Program-made: the position numbers and the translations under genes
In this document: one piece after another, positions 41,084 to 51,600 of the stretch
Position numbering within the stretch: position 1 is the stretch's first letter
How the letters are laid out: the number at the start of each line of letters is the position of its first letter
Notes under the pieces: generated by a model
Databases searched by the model: none
What the model saw: only the letters and a program-made list of their open reading frames with translations
What the model was told of the DNA's origin: nothing
From: an uncultured Candidatus Cloacimonadota bacterium
Lineage (GTDB): Bacteria > Cloacimonadota > Cloacimonadia > Cloacimonadales > Cloacimonadaceae
NCBI GenBank assembly: GCA_964550575.1
Contig: CAZKAA010000001.1
Location: 1 to 57,454, forward strand
DNA: 57,454 nucleotides
Reading direction: 5' to 3'

Positions 41084-43621
41084 GTGAGCGCCTGGTCGGC
41101 GTTCCCGGATATCGAGGACTTCGTTGCCAACCTACTGACGGACGGAAAGTTCGCGGAATGCATCGTGGCGCGGCAGGAGTTGGAGCCGGTGGAAGCGGTA
41201 TGGGAGGAGTTTCCGCCCCAAACGAGGCCGGAACTGCTCGCGCTGCTGCAAAACGCTGGGATGACAGCGCTTTACCGGCATCAGCGGGAAGCGATCGACG
41301 CCGTCCTGCGCGGCGAAAACGTGGTCCTCAGCACCGGGGTCGCCAGCGGCAAGAGCCTCTGCTACCAACTGCCCATCCTCCAAACGCAACTGCTTGCCCC
41401 TCAAAGCCGTGCGTTGCTTCTGTTTCCAACCAAGGCCCTGGCGCAGGACCAACAGAAGAAGATACAGGACCTCCTGCTGGAACTCGCCCGCCAGAATCCC
41501 AAACTACCCCGCATCTCCGGCGGGATCTATGACGGGGACACCGCTTCCGACGCGCGCCGCGGCATACGAAACCAGGCGCAGCTGATCTTTTCCAATCCCG
41601 ACATGCTGCATCTCGGCATCCTGCCCAACCACACGCTGTGGAGCGCGTTTTTCGCCAACCTGCGCTATGTGGTCATCGACGAAGTGCATATCTACCGGGG
41701 CGTTTTCGGTTCGCACTTCGCGAATGTCCTGCGCAGGCTGCGGCGGGTTTGCGGGCTGTATGGAGCTTCGCCGCAGTTCATCTGCACCTCCGCCACCGTC
41801 GCCAACGCCCGCGAACTCGCGGAGGATCTTCTGGAAAGTCCTGTGCGGCTGATAGATAATGACGCTTCGCCGCACGGCAGGAGAGTATTCTTTATCGTGA
41901 ATCCCCCGGTGGTGGACGCGATTTTGGGCATCCGGCGCAGCGCGCTGATCGAGTCCACGGCGCTGGCAAAACGCTGGCTGCACGGTTCCGGGCAGGCGAT
42001 TCTCTTTTGCGGGCCGAGGCGCAGCGTGGAAATCCTCTATCTCTATCTCATGGGGAACGATTATTACAAGGACCGGGTGCGGAGTTATCGCAGCGGGTAT
42101 CTGGCTGAGAACAGAAGAGTTATCGAAAAAGAACTGCGGGAGGGCAGCATCGGGCTGGTGGTCTCCACCAACGCCCTCGAACTGGGGATAGACATCGGCG
42201 GGCTGGACGCGGTGTTCCTAAACGGCTATCCGGGAACCATCTCCGCCACCCGCCAGCAGGCGGGGCGCGCCGGGCGCAAAGGCAATACCGCGCTCGCCAT
42301 CATGGTCGCCAGCGCGTTTCCCCTGGACCAGTATATCTGCCAGCATCCGGGCTACCTGTTCGACAACAATCCGGAACACGCGCTGATCGCCCCGGACCAC
42401 AGCGAAATCCTTCGCCAGCAACTGCTTTGCGCCGTGCACGACCTCGCTCTGCTGGACGACGAACCTTTCGGCTCCCTGGGTCCGGAGCATATCCATCCCC
42501 ATTTGGAGCTGCTTGTCCGCGAAGGCAAGCTGCGCAAGGCGGGAAAGCGCTATCTCGGGGTCCTGGACGCCTATCCCGCCGCGGAAGTCTCGCTCCGCAA
42601 CATCAGCAGCCAGGTGCAGATCTTTTCCGGCGGAGAGACCATAGGCTGGGTGGATGCCGCAAGCGCGCTCTGGATGACGCATCCCGGCGCGATCTACCTC
42701 GACCGGGGGGAAACCTATCTGGTGCGCAGCCTCGATCTCGAGCAGGGGCGGGCGGAGATCGAACCGGCGACGGTGAACTACTTCACCCAAACCACGCGGA
42801 GCACGGAAATCGAGGTCAATTCGCTGCAGAACAGGCAGCATGAGCGTGGGGCGGACAAGTATCTGGGCAACGTGACGGTCACCACTACTATCACCGGATA
42901 CAAGAAGCTGAAGTTTTACACGCAGGAAGTTCTGGGACGCGAGCCGCTGGAGCTTCCTCCCACGAGGCTGAACACGGTCGCCTGGTGGATCGGGCTCAAG
43001 CCGGAAACGGTGGGCAGGGTCAAAGCGCTGGGGCTTTGGAACAACGCCCCGAACGATTATGGGAAGGACTGGCCGGCGATCTGCCGCGAGATCCGGGAGC
43101 GGGACAGATTTCTCTGCCAGCACTGCGGGGTCGCCGAAACGGACAGCCAGCACCACGTGCACCATCTGATGCCGTTCCGCAAGTTCGCCTCCGCGGAGGA
43201 AGCCAACCAGCCGGGGAATCTGGTCACGCTCTGTTCGCGCTGCCACCGGCTTGCGGAGCAGAACGTCCAGATGCAGAGCGGGCTGGCAGCTTTGGGCTAT
43301 CTGCTGGTCAACCTTGCCCCGTTCTTTGTGATGTGCGACCGCAAGGACATCGATGTGTTCACGGAGGACAATTCAGACCTCGCGGGCGGACATCCGGCGA
43401 TATTGATCTACGACAACATCTCCGGCGGCATCGGGCTCTCGCGCAAGCTCTTCGAACTGCACGCAAAGATCATAGACGCCGCCCTGGAACTCGTGGCAAA
43501 CTGCCCCTGCCAGATGGGATGCCCGTCCTGCGTCGGACCCGTCGCGGAGAACGGTGAAGGCGCCAAAGAGCACGCCATCGCCATCCTGAGGGAGCTTAAC
43601 TCATCAGGCAGGAAGGTTTAG
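41084..43621 (+). CDS. SF2 DEAH helicase, MrfA/YprA/Hrq1 (DUF1998) family, with an inserted HNH domain
   Basis: GVASGKS, PTKALAQDQ, DEVH, SAT, TNALELGIDIG, QAGRAGR, C-terminal C..CPCQMGCPSC; HNH insert RDRFLCQHC..HVHH..N...NLVTLCSRCH; GTG start after GGAG. Confidence 0.92.
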   Translation: MSAWSAFPDIEDFVANLLTDGKFAECIVARQELEPVEAVWEEFPPQTRPELLALLQNAGMTALYRHQREAIDAVLRGENVVLSTGVASGKSLCYQLPILQTQLLAPQSRALLLFPTKALAQDQQKKIQDLLLELARQNPKLPRISGGIYDGDTASDARRGIRNQAQLIFSNPDMLHLGILPNHTLWSAFFANLRYVVIDEVHIYRGVFGSHFANVLRRLRRVCGLYGASPQFICTSATVANARELAEDLLESPVRLIDNDASPHGRRVFFIVNPPVVDAILGIRRSALIESTALAKRWLHGSGQAILFCGPRRSVEILYLYLMGNDYYKDRVRSYRSGYLAENRRVIEKELREGSIGLVVSTNALELGIDIGGLDAVFLNGYPGTISATRQQAGRAGRKGNTALAIMVASAFPLDQYICQHPGYLFDNNPEHALIAPDHSEILRQQLLCAVHDLALLDDEPFGSLGPEHIHPHLELLVREGKLRKAGKRYLGVLDAYPAAEVSLRNISSQVQIFSGGETIGWVDAASALWMTHPGAIYLDRGETYLVRSLDLEQGRAEIEPATVNYFTQTTRSTEIEVNSLQNRQHERGADKYLGNVTVTTTITGYKKLKFYTQEVLGREPLELPPTRLNTVAWWIGLKPETVGRVKALGLWNNAPNDYGKDWPAICREIRERDRFLCQHCGVAETDSQHHVHHLMPFRKFASAEEANQPGNLVTLCSRCHRLAEQNVQMQSGLAALGYLLVNLAPFFVMCDRKDIDVFTEDNSDLAGGHPAILIYDNISGGIGLSRKLFELHAKIIDAALELVANCPCQMGCPSCVGPVAENGEGAKEHAIAILRELNSSGRKV

Positions 43622-44874
43622 AATAGTCCGAGGATCTTCTTGCGGTAATTGAGGGCGATCTTCTGCCGGGTATAGAAGGGGCTTCCCAGAAGGCCTTCCG
43701 CTTCAAGGATTTCCACGCCGCCGAGGGTGGGGTTGTCCACAAAGGCGAAAGTCATGCCGGGATATTCCTCGCCGCCGATCTCGCACTTGTTCAGCACGGC
43801 AGTTTTAACCTCGAAATAGACGTTGCCGATGCCGATCGCGGAATCCGCCGAGGTGCTTTCGTAGTACTTGGCAAGCTTGTCGAACAGCTTGACCGGCAGC
43901 GTGTTGCTGGAAGCTCCGGTATCGAACCCCATCATCACTTTCTGGGTTCCCGCCTTGATCTTGAAGGCGGGCAAGTGCATATCCATGCTGAACTTGATCT
44001 TCTTGCGGAACTTGTGGCTGACCGCCGGGTCGAGGTAATTGCCGTCCTCATCCAGCCGGTAGAGGTACATGCGCAGGTTCTTGGTGTCGATGTGGGTTTC
44101 GTATGGCTCCAAAAGGTCCATACCCACGATGCCGAGGAAGTTCATGGAGTCCGGGTTGGCAAGCTGGCTGAGGTCCATGGTGATGGCGTCGAAGTCCATC
44201 CGCGTGCCGCCTCCCCATTTCATGACCTTGACCCGGCGGACGTCCATGTCCGAGCCGGCGCCACCCGCTCCGGCGGAAAGCGATAGCATCACGCGGCTGC
44301 TATCCGCCTGCGGTTTGGCGTTAAGCACCAGGGTCGGGGCTCCGGTGTCGATCACGAATTTGCCCGCCGCGCCGTCTATCTCTCCGTCCACGAGGATGAT
44401 TCCCTTATACATCTCGATGGGGATTTCGGCATAGGTCACCGGGATCGCCTTGCTGCCGGAAGACGCGGTCGGCGCTTGCAGGCTGAAAAGGGAACAATCC
44501 CGCACCTTGCTCTTTTTGTCCAGTGTGATGTCAAACTGCATATCCCTGCCTCCCAGAGTTGACTGCATAGTATAGGTGGTCATACCCGATCCCGGCTTGA
44601 CCCCGGTCACGGAGTAAGCGCCGAATTTCACCGGCCACTGCTCGAAAAGCTGCTTGAAGACCGATTCCCGGATCTCGGAAGGAACCCCGGGGAAGTTGAA
44701 ATCGGCTGATATCCACTTGCGTGCGATCCCGTAAGAGTTTTCGTTCAGGCCCCGGATGAAGTTCTGTATCGCTTCCGGAACCCCGGCGTCAGTCTCTTCC
44801 GCATGCAGGCTCCCGGCAGGCATCGCCGCCAGCAATAGCATCGTCAGCAGCAGGGCAATAATCTTGTGCTTCAT
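43618..44874 (-). CDS. Secreted two-domain retropepsin-like aspartyl protease
   Basis: Signal peptide; FVIDTGA..GIVG and GFDTGA..GLLG; GGAG RBS before ATG 44874. Confidence 0.85.
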   Translation of the reverse strand: MKHKIIALLLTMLLLAAMPAGSLHAEETDAGVPEAIQNFIRGLNENSYGIARKWISADFNFPGVPSEIRESVFKQLFEQWPVKFGAYSVTGVKPGSGMTTYTMQSTLGGRDMQFDITLDKKSKVRDCSLFSLQAPTASSGSKAIPVTYAEIPIEMYKGIILVDGEIDGAAGKFVIDTGAPTLVLNAKPQADSSRVMLSLSAGAGGAGSDMDVRRVKVMKWGGGTRMDFDAITMDLSQLANPDSMNFLGIVGMDLLEPYETHIDTKNLRMYLYRLDEDGNYLDPAVSHKFRKKIKFSMDMHLPAFKIKAGTQKVMMGFDTGASSNTLPVKLFDKLAKYYESTSADSAIGIGNVYFEVKTAVLNKCEIGGEEYPGMTFAFVDNPTLGGVEILEAEGLLGSPFYTRQKIALNYRKKILGLF

Positions 44875-45055
44875 TGCGCATTCTCCGCGTTGTTTAAGTG
44901 CCATCCGGGAGAGAAAACCTATCTGGGCGGATCGCTCCAGCCCCGCAAGTCTAACATCCCGGATTGTTCTTGCCTAAAACACGAGGTTCGCAATAATGTC
45001 AACAGAATTTGTCCGTCCGGGCGGAGCGAAGCCATCGGCGGCAAGAGAGGTTAAC

Positions 45056-45352
45056 ATGAACGACATCTGCGTTTGCGGGGTGCATTGCGCCACCCATTGC
45101 CGGGCATACAAGACGGAGTGCGAAGGCTGCATTGAACTGGGCGGAAGGGTATCCTGGGCGGTGTTTTACGACAAGGAATTCTGTCCCATCTTCGATTGCG
45201 TGCGGGACAAGGGTTTTTCATCCTGCGCGGAGTGCGGCATGGCTCCATGCGCGATCTGGCTGGACACCCGCGACCCCAGCGCAAGCGACGAGGAATTCGA
45301 CGCCGATATCCAACGCCGGATGGCGAACCTGGCAAAGCACAAGCCGGCTTGA
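45056..45352 (+). CDS. DUF3795-like Cys-rich protein
   Basis: CG..C...C......CEGC..CPIFDCV..KG..SCAEC...PC pattern; GAGG RBS. Confidence 0.8.
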   Translation: MNDICVCGVHCATHCRAYKTECEGCIELGGRVSWAVFYDKEFCPIFDCVRDKGFSSCAECGMAPCAIWLDTRDPSASDEEFDADIQRRMANLAKHKPA

Positions 45353-45403
45353 CGGATTCAGTAAACGGGCTATGCCAGCGCCGCGGATCCTGACGATCAA
45401 CCC

Positions 45404-45431
45404 TTGCCGGATGCCTCCGCTGGGTTATAAT
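45404..45431 (+). promoter_or_regulatory. Putative sigma70 promoter for the VOC gene
   Basis: TTGCCG-N16-TATAAT, 26 nt before the start codon. Confidence 0.55.
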
Positions 45432-45457
45432 GTCTGAAACAACCCCAAGGAGAAATC

Positions 45458-45895
45458 ATGATCACCATAAACCCCTACCTCAATTTCAACGGTAACTGCG
45501 AGGAAGCGTTTGCTTTCTACAAAAGTGTTTTCGGCGGAGATTTCAGCTATCTCAGCCGCTTCAAGGAAATGCCCCCGAATCCAGACTATCCGCTGCCGGA
45601 TGCCCTGCGCGAAAAGATCATGCACATGAGCCTGCCCTTCAGCAAAGAAACTTCCCTCATGGGCTCTGACTCGACCAGGGAGTTCGGCGGAGAAGCCCAG
45701 TTCGGCAACAACGTCTCACTGATGGTGAGTGCGGAAAACAAGAAGGAAGTGGATGCCATCTGGGCGAAGCTTTCCGAAGGCGCGACCATTACCATGCCGC
45801 TGATGGACGCCTTTTGGGGCGACTACTTCGGAGGCCTGGTCGATAAATTCGGCGTCAACTGGATGCTGATCTGCCCCAGCGACAAGCCGGAATAG
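45458..45895 (+). CDS. VOC/PhnB (YjdN-like) family protein
   Basis: INPYLNFNGNCEEAF.FYKSVFGG, IMH, LMGSD, FWGDYFG.LVDKFGVNWM. Confidence 0.92.
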   Translation: MITINPYLNFNGNCEEAFAFYKSVFGGDFSYLSRFKEMPPNPDYPLPDALREKIMHMSLPFSKETSLMGSDSTREFGGEAQFGNNVSLMVSAENKKEVDAIWAKLSEGATITMPLMDAFWGDYFGGLVDKFGVNWMLICPSDKPE

Positions 45896-45957
45896 CCATC
45901 CTCCATCCCGCCCGCAAGCGATTGATTCGCAATCCGCTGCTGTTTCTGGCCTGATAA

Positions 45958-46013
45958 CCGCCCTCTGTCCTCCCGGTTGCCTCCCTGTTGCCAAGCGGGT
46001 GGACAGGCAGAGG
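45958..46013. repeat. 11-bp-phased inverted-repeat element, GC class, copy 4
   Basis: CCGCCC 45958, CCTCCC 45969 and 45980; 11-nt gap; GGGTGG 45997, CAGAGG 46008. Confidence 0.75.
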
Positions 46014-46053
46014 CTAGGGCGTTATGAGAACACCTAAGCAAAGCGCGGAGATA

Positions 46054-48267
46054 CTATTTCAGCAGGATCATCCTGCCCTGATGGCGCTTTGAACCAAGTT
46101 CGAGGCGGTAGAAATAGAGCCCCGGGGCAACAGATTTTCCCCTTCTGTCCTCTCCGTCCCAGACCACGCTGTGCGGTCCGGAGGGGAGAGGCGCATCCAG
46201 CAACCGGCGCACCAATTGGCCTTTGGCGTTGAAGACGCTCAGGCGCACCGTCTCGGGCTGCTTGAGTTCGAAAACGACGCTCGCGGAGCCGCGGAAGGGA
46301 TTGGGACGGACTTCCGTCCAGACGGCAACGGGGATTTCCTCCCCGACCGAGGTGGCGGTGAACTCCAAAGTGGCGGGAAGCGATTCCCCGGCAACGTATT
46401 GCGCGGTCACAGCCACGATGTATTCCAGGCCGGGAGTGAGGTCCGTGAAGGTCCATTCGGGGTTGGCGGGACTGCCCAGCAACACTCCGTTCAGATAGAC
46501 GCGGTAGTGCTCAAAAGGCGAGGTGCTGCCGGCCTGGGGGGGATCCCACGTGAAGTAGGGTATCTGTCCGCCGTGGTTGACGATGTTCGAGGGCGGATTG
46601 AGCGTGGCACCGGAATAGAGCTGGTTGCGGTAGAAGGCGAGAGTGCCGTTGTAGTCGCCGAGGCTGAGGTCGAGGTCGCCGTCGTGGTCAAGGTCGGCGA
46701 GGGCGGGAGTGGCGTTCTGGTCGGTTTCGATCCCGGCAAAGAGGGTGGTGTTCAAAGTCCAGCCGAAACTGCCGCGGATGTAGCATTGCAGGCTGCCCGA
46801 GAGGTTTCCCGCCAGCAGGTCCAGGTCTCCGTCGCCGTCGAGGTCCGCCAGGGCGGGCACGCTGTTTGAGCCGACGTCGATGGTTCCGAAGTAGTTGCCA
46901 ACCTCGTTCCAGGCGGGGGTCTGGGGGGTGCCGACGTTTTGGTAGAAGCGCATGGTGCCAGCCTCGCAGCCGGTGTAGAGGTCAAGGTCGCCGTCGGCAT
47001 CCGCGTCCAGCAGGCGCGGGACGGACCAGCCGCCGAGGGAAACAGCGGGCAGCACGCCAGCCTGTTCGGTTAACCCCATCCCCGTATTGCGGTGAAAATA
47101 GAGTCCTCCGTTGAGATCGCCCACGACGAGGTCCGGAAGCCCGTCCCCATCGAGGTCGCCCGCGGCGGCAGACGCGTAGATGGAGTGGTCGATGCTGGAA
47201 AAATAGGCGCTGTCTTCCTGCCAGGAGGGAGCATAAGGGGAGCCGGTGTTTTCATAGTATTTGATGTATCCCATCTGGGTTCCGCTGATAAGGTCAAGGT
47301 CGCCATCCAGATCGAAATCGAAGAACACGGGCGAACTCGCGCCTCCCACGTCCATCACCCCGCCGAAGAGGGTGGTGTTTGCCTGCCAGACTGGAGCGGA
47401 GGAGGTGCCGGCGTTCACGTAGTACTGCAGGGGTCCGGACGCCGTGCCGAAGACCAGATCAAAGAGTCCGTCGCCGGTCAGGTCCGCAAGGTCGGGTGAA
47501 TTCCAGTAGTCGGAGTTGCCGAGTCCGGCGAAGAGGGTTGGGTTTTCCTGCCAGAGAGGGGATTCCGGGCTGCCGTTGTTCTGGTAGTAGATGAAGCCGT
47601 GGAGGTCGCGTCCGCAGAGGATGTCCTGATCGCCGTCGGCATCGAGGTCGCAGAAAACGGGATAGGCATAGAGCCCGACATCGCCGATGGTCTGCATGCC
47701 CGTCGCGCTGAACTGGCCGGCGCTGGGGCTGCCGGAGTTGAGATAAAGCCGCACGGAGCCGTCCTCACTGAGCCCGACGACAAGGTCCAGATCGCCGTCG
47801 TTGTCCACGTCCGCGACGTCCGGAACAGGGTTTGAGCCGACCGGCAGCCCGGCGAAGTAATTGGCTGCCTCTTCATAAAATGGATATTCGGGGCTGGCGG
47901 TTTTGAGGAAGAGATGCAATCCGGTGTAGCCTCCGGTGACGAGGTCGAGGTCGCCGTCGGCATCCATGTCCGCGCAGACCGCCATTTCAGCCGCGAGGGA
48001 GGAGATGCCGGCTGTGATGTCCCCACCGACCGTATAGGCAGGGGAGCTTGGGGTTCCGTTGTTTTTGATGTGGATGGGCGAGCGGTTGATATTGCCCAGC
48101 AGGAAGTCCTGGTCTCCGTCGGCGTCGAGGTCGGCGAAGCGGGGCTGGGAAAAGGACAGGCTGGGCACGCCGCTGGGATTGAACACGCTGTTGTCCGCGG
48201 TCCAGGGCTGGGCGGCGAGGGTCGCGAAAACGCTCATAACCGATAGCAGCAAGACGATTTGGCGCAT
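46054..48267 (-). CDS. Secreted FG-GAP/VCBS-repeat protein with Fn3 and a C-terminal FlgD-Ig/T9SS-like domain
   Basis: Signal peptide; about 11 P..ADLD.DGDLDL..G repeats; Fn3; PNPF..FNAKGQLVR..WDGED..PGLYF. Confidence 0.9.
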   Translation of the reverse strand: MRQIVLLLSVMSVFATLAAQPWTADNSVFNPSGVPSLSFSQPRFADLDADGDQDFLLGNINRSPIHIKNNGTPSSPAYTVGGDITAGISSLAAEMAVCADMDADGDLDLVTGGYTGLHLFLKTASPEYPFYEEAANYFAGLPVGSNPVPDVADVDNDGDLDLVVGLSEDGSVRLYLNSGSPSAGQFSATGMQTIGDVGLYAYPVFCDLDADGDQDILCGRDLHGFIYYQNNGSPESPLWQENPTLFAGLGNSDYWNSPDLADLTGDGLFDLVFGTASGPLQYYVNAGTSSAPVWQANTTLFGGVMDVGGASSPVFFDFDLDGDLDLISGTQMGYIKYYENTGSPYAPSWQEDSAYFSSIDHSIYASAAAGDLDGDGLPDLVVGDLNGGLYFHRNTGMGLTEQAGVLPAVSLGGWSVPRLLDADADGDLDLYTGCEAGTMRFYQNVGTPQTPAWNEVGNYFGTIDVGSNSVPALADLDGDGDLDLLAGNLSGSLQCYIRGSFGWTLNTTLFAGIETDQNATPALADLDHDGDLDLSLGDYNGTLAFYRNQLYSGATLNPPSNIVNHGGQIPYFTWDPPQAGSTSPFEHYRVYLNGVLLGSPANPEWTFTDLTPGLEYIVAVTAQYVAGESLPATLEFTATSVGEEIPVAVWTEVRPNPFRGSASVVFELKQPETVRLSVFNAKGQLVRRLLDAPLPSGPHSVVWDGEDRRGKSVAPGLYFYRLELGSKRHQGRMILLK

Positions 48268-48620
48268 GGAAACATCTCCCTTGGACGGGACTGATTCGCT
48301 CTGCCCGTCATGGGATATTATTCCAGCCGGCTGTCTATATATGTCAACAACTTTTCTCTCGCGACCGGGGGCAAGCTATCGGCTCTGGATTTTAATCCAG
48401 TTCAACAACAAGTGGTTCAGGGGCAAGACAAATTCCAGATTCGACAGGCTCTGGGACGGCACACTGGCATCCGGAGGGGACAGGATTTATCCTTGACAAG
48501 CATATGGAATTTTGTTCAATTACTATAATAAGATGTTTCTCGATTCGGGCTGCCGGGATAAAGCATCGCCGGCGATATATAAGGAGATTGTTTGTCAGTT
48601 TAAAGTAAAAGGAGAACATC

Positions 48621-51600
48621 ATGCGACAGGCAGCGATGGTTTTGTTTTTTATGTTCATCTGCGCGTCAGGCATAGCCCAGTCCATGGGTAATTATACCTT
48701 TAGCCAGTCAGTCGGCACTTATGCCGAGATCACTGGCGGGACTGTGTTGGGCAACGAGACATCCGACGAACAGAAGTTCGTCGATCCCGCGGCTCCTTTG
48801 GGCGGAACCACAAACACGGGAGTGGGCTTGCCCATGGGCTTCAATTTCTATTATGCGGGACAGGAGTTTGACCGGCTGGCGGTCTGCACCAACGGGTGGA
48901 TCAGCTTGGGGCAGTCCTGGGAAACGACAGCGGTGAACATCGGTAGTTCCAGCAACACCGCGCCCCTGGGCTCCACCTACGGGATCAATCCACCCTGGCA
49001 GGTGAGCCGGGTGGCAGTATTGGCAATGGACCTGCAGGCCCAGGCGGGCTCTACGATCCGGCTGGAAACGATCGGCACGGCGCCCTATCGGGTGTGCGTG
49101 GTGCAGTGGAAGGGTTATCGCAAAAAGAATGCGGCCGGGGAGAATCTGAATTTTCAGATCAGGCTGGAAGAAACCACCAACAAGGTCGTGCTCAGTTATG
49201 GCCTGATGACCGTCAACGCCACCTCCGGCAGCCCGCAGGTGGGAATGCGCGCAGAACCTGCCACCGCAGCGACTAACTATGCCAACCGGACTACCACCAC
49301 AGACTGGAGCGCCACCACCGCCGGCACAGCCGCAAACAGCACCTGCACCCTCAGCAACACGGTATATCCCGCCAACGGAACCACTTTCACCTGGAGCCCT
49401 CCGGCAGCGCTGAGCAGCAGTTACACAATCGGCAGCAGCGGGGATTTTACAACTTTCGCGGCGGCTTTCAACTTCCTGAACGACAACTATCCGCTCTACG
49501 GCATCCCGGAAGGGGGAACCACGTTCAATGTCTCAGCGGGCCAGACCTTTGACCAGGCTGAACTTCTGCCTGCTCTAACCGCCACGGGTTCGCCCAACCG
49601 CCCTATTGTGTTCCAAAAGTACGGTACTGGCACTAATCCGCTTCTGTCAATAAGCGGCACGACCTCGACCTCGGATACGGGGATCAGAGTTAACGGAGGG
49701 GACTACTATTCCTTTACTGCCATTGATATTCAGAACAGCACCGGGCTTTCATCCCTGGAAAGGGGTTTTGTCCTTGCAGCGCTAAGCAGCAATCCCTGTA
49801 CTAACAACACAATCTCCAACTGCACGATAACCCTGTATCGCACCAACGCCAACACGATCGGCGTTTATTCGCTTGGAGCTACCAGCGCTGGTAACAACAA
49901 CAACGCCTTTTCCGGGCTGAGCATCATTAACAGCAATACCGGAATCAATACGACAGGCAACTCCTCAACGAGTTATCACAACAACGGCGAGCTGATTATC
50001 AATTGCTCGCTATCAGATATCTCCGCCTACGGTATCTATGCCACATACTGCCTCAACCTGGAGGTCGAATCCTGCAATATCAACATGGCGGCGGGCAACA
50101 ACGTTACTTTTTGCGGTATCTATACCGATAGCAACACGCTGACAGCGGAGATCCACGACAACGTCATCACCGGCAATACAACCAGCGCGGCGGCTTATGG
50201 ATTATACGGTGATGATGGAGTTATAGAATGGCATCACAACACAATCAAGGAGTTCACTGGCACGGGAAGCGGGGACAGGATCGGCATCTATATACACGAC
50301 CGCAACCATCTGGTATCTGCCAACGAAGTGTATGACTTCAATGCCACGGGCAATGTTTACGGTATCTACTCCGGTCCCTATACTGATAATCTGAGCATCT
50401 ACAACAACGAGATCCACGACCTTAAATACACAGGCCCCACCGGTAATGGTTATGTAGCCTGGGGAATCGCGGTAAACGGCACTAACATCACGGTAGCCAA
50501 CAACATGATCTATGACCTTGGGAGCACCGGAGATGTCGCGCCCATGATCCGGGGCATCACCCTGGGGACGGGAACGACACTAAACGCGTATTTTAACACT
50601 GTCTATCTCAAAGGCGGAGGAACCAACACCAACTTCGGTTCTGCCGGTTTGTACTTCACCAGCAACGTACCCACCCTGGACATCCGGAACAACATCGTTG
50701 TAGAACTCAGCACTCCAGGAACAGCTACCTCCGGCAGGGTGGCGGCGATCTGGAAGAGCTATACTGGTTTCGCAAATTTTGCCCCGACCTGTGACAGAAA
50801 CATCTACTATGCAGGGACGCCGGGACCGAAGAACCTGATCTGCTTTGACGGAACCGCGTACGAAACCCTCAGCGACTACAAGGCCGCGATCATGACCTGC
50901 GATTTGGGTTCTCTGACTGAAAACGTGACTTTCACTAGCACGGTGGAACCCTATGACCTGCACATCCCCACCGGGACTTCCACCCTGGCTGAGAGCAACG
51001 CTTTGCCGATCGCCAGCTGGGATTTCGATTTTGATGGTGATAACAGGCATGACGAGTTTCCCGACATCGGAGCGGATGAGGGTTCGTTCACGGTTCCCGC
51101 CATTCCTCCCGATCCGCCGGTGCTGATCAATCCGGCTGACGGAGCGATCGTTGTCCAGCCAAGCGCCACCTTGAACTGGGCCGCCTCATCGACAGGAGGG
51201 GCGCCCACAGGTTACCGCCTCTATTTTGGCACCAATTTGAATTCGCTCGCGATGATTGATCTGGGCAACGTAACCATTTACGATCCAGAGCCGGATATGC
51301 AATTTCTCACCACCTACTATTGGAAGATCGTTCCCTACAACGCCGCGGGACCAGCAGATTCAGTTTCATATTCCCATTGGAGCTTCGAGACTCACGCGGC
51401 TCCGCTAACGGGAGAATACGTCATCGGCAGCACCGGCTACTATTCCAGCTTCAGTTTGGCGATAACCCACCTGAACGCGGCAGGAGTGGGCAGCGGCGGG
51501 GTAACTTATCAAGCAATCGCCGGGGAAGTTTTTGCAGAGAATCCTATTCCCATAACTGCCACAGGAACTGCTGACGACCCCATTGTTTTCACCAGCACGG

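Noticed and set aside
48415-48480. Faint resemblance to a c-di-GMP-I riboswitch
   Set aside because: It lacks the GNRA loop and GCAAA core and lies upstream of the likely -35 box. An Rfam cmscan would settle it.
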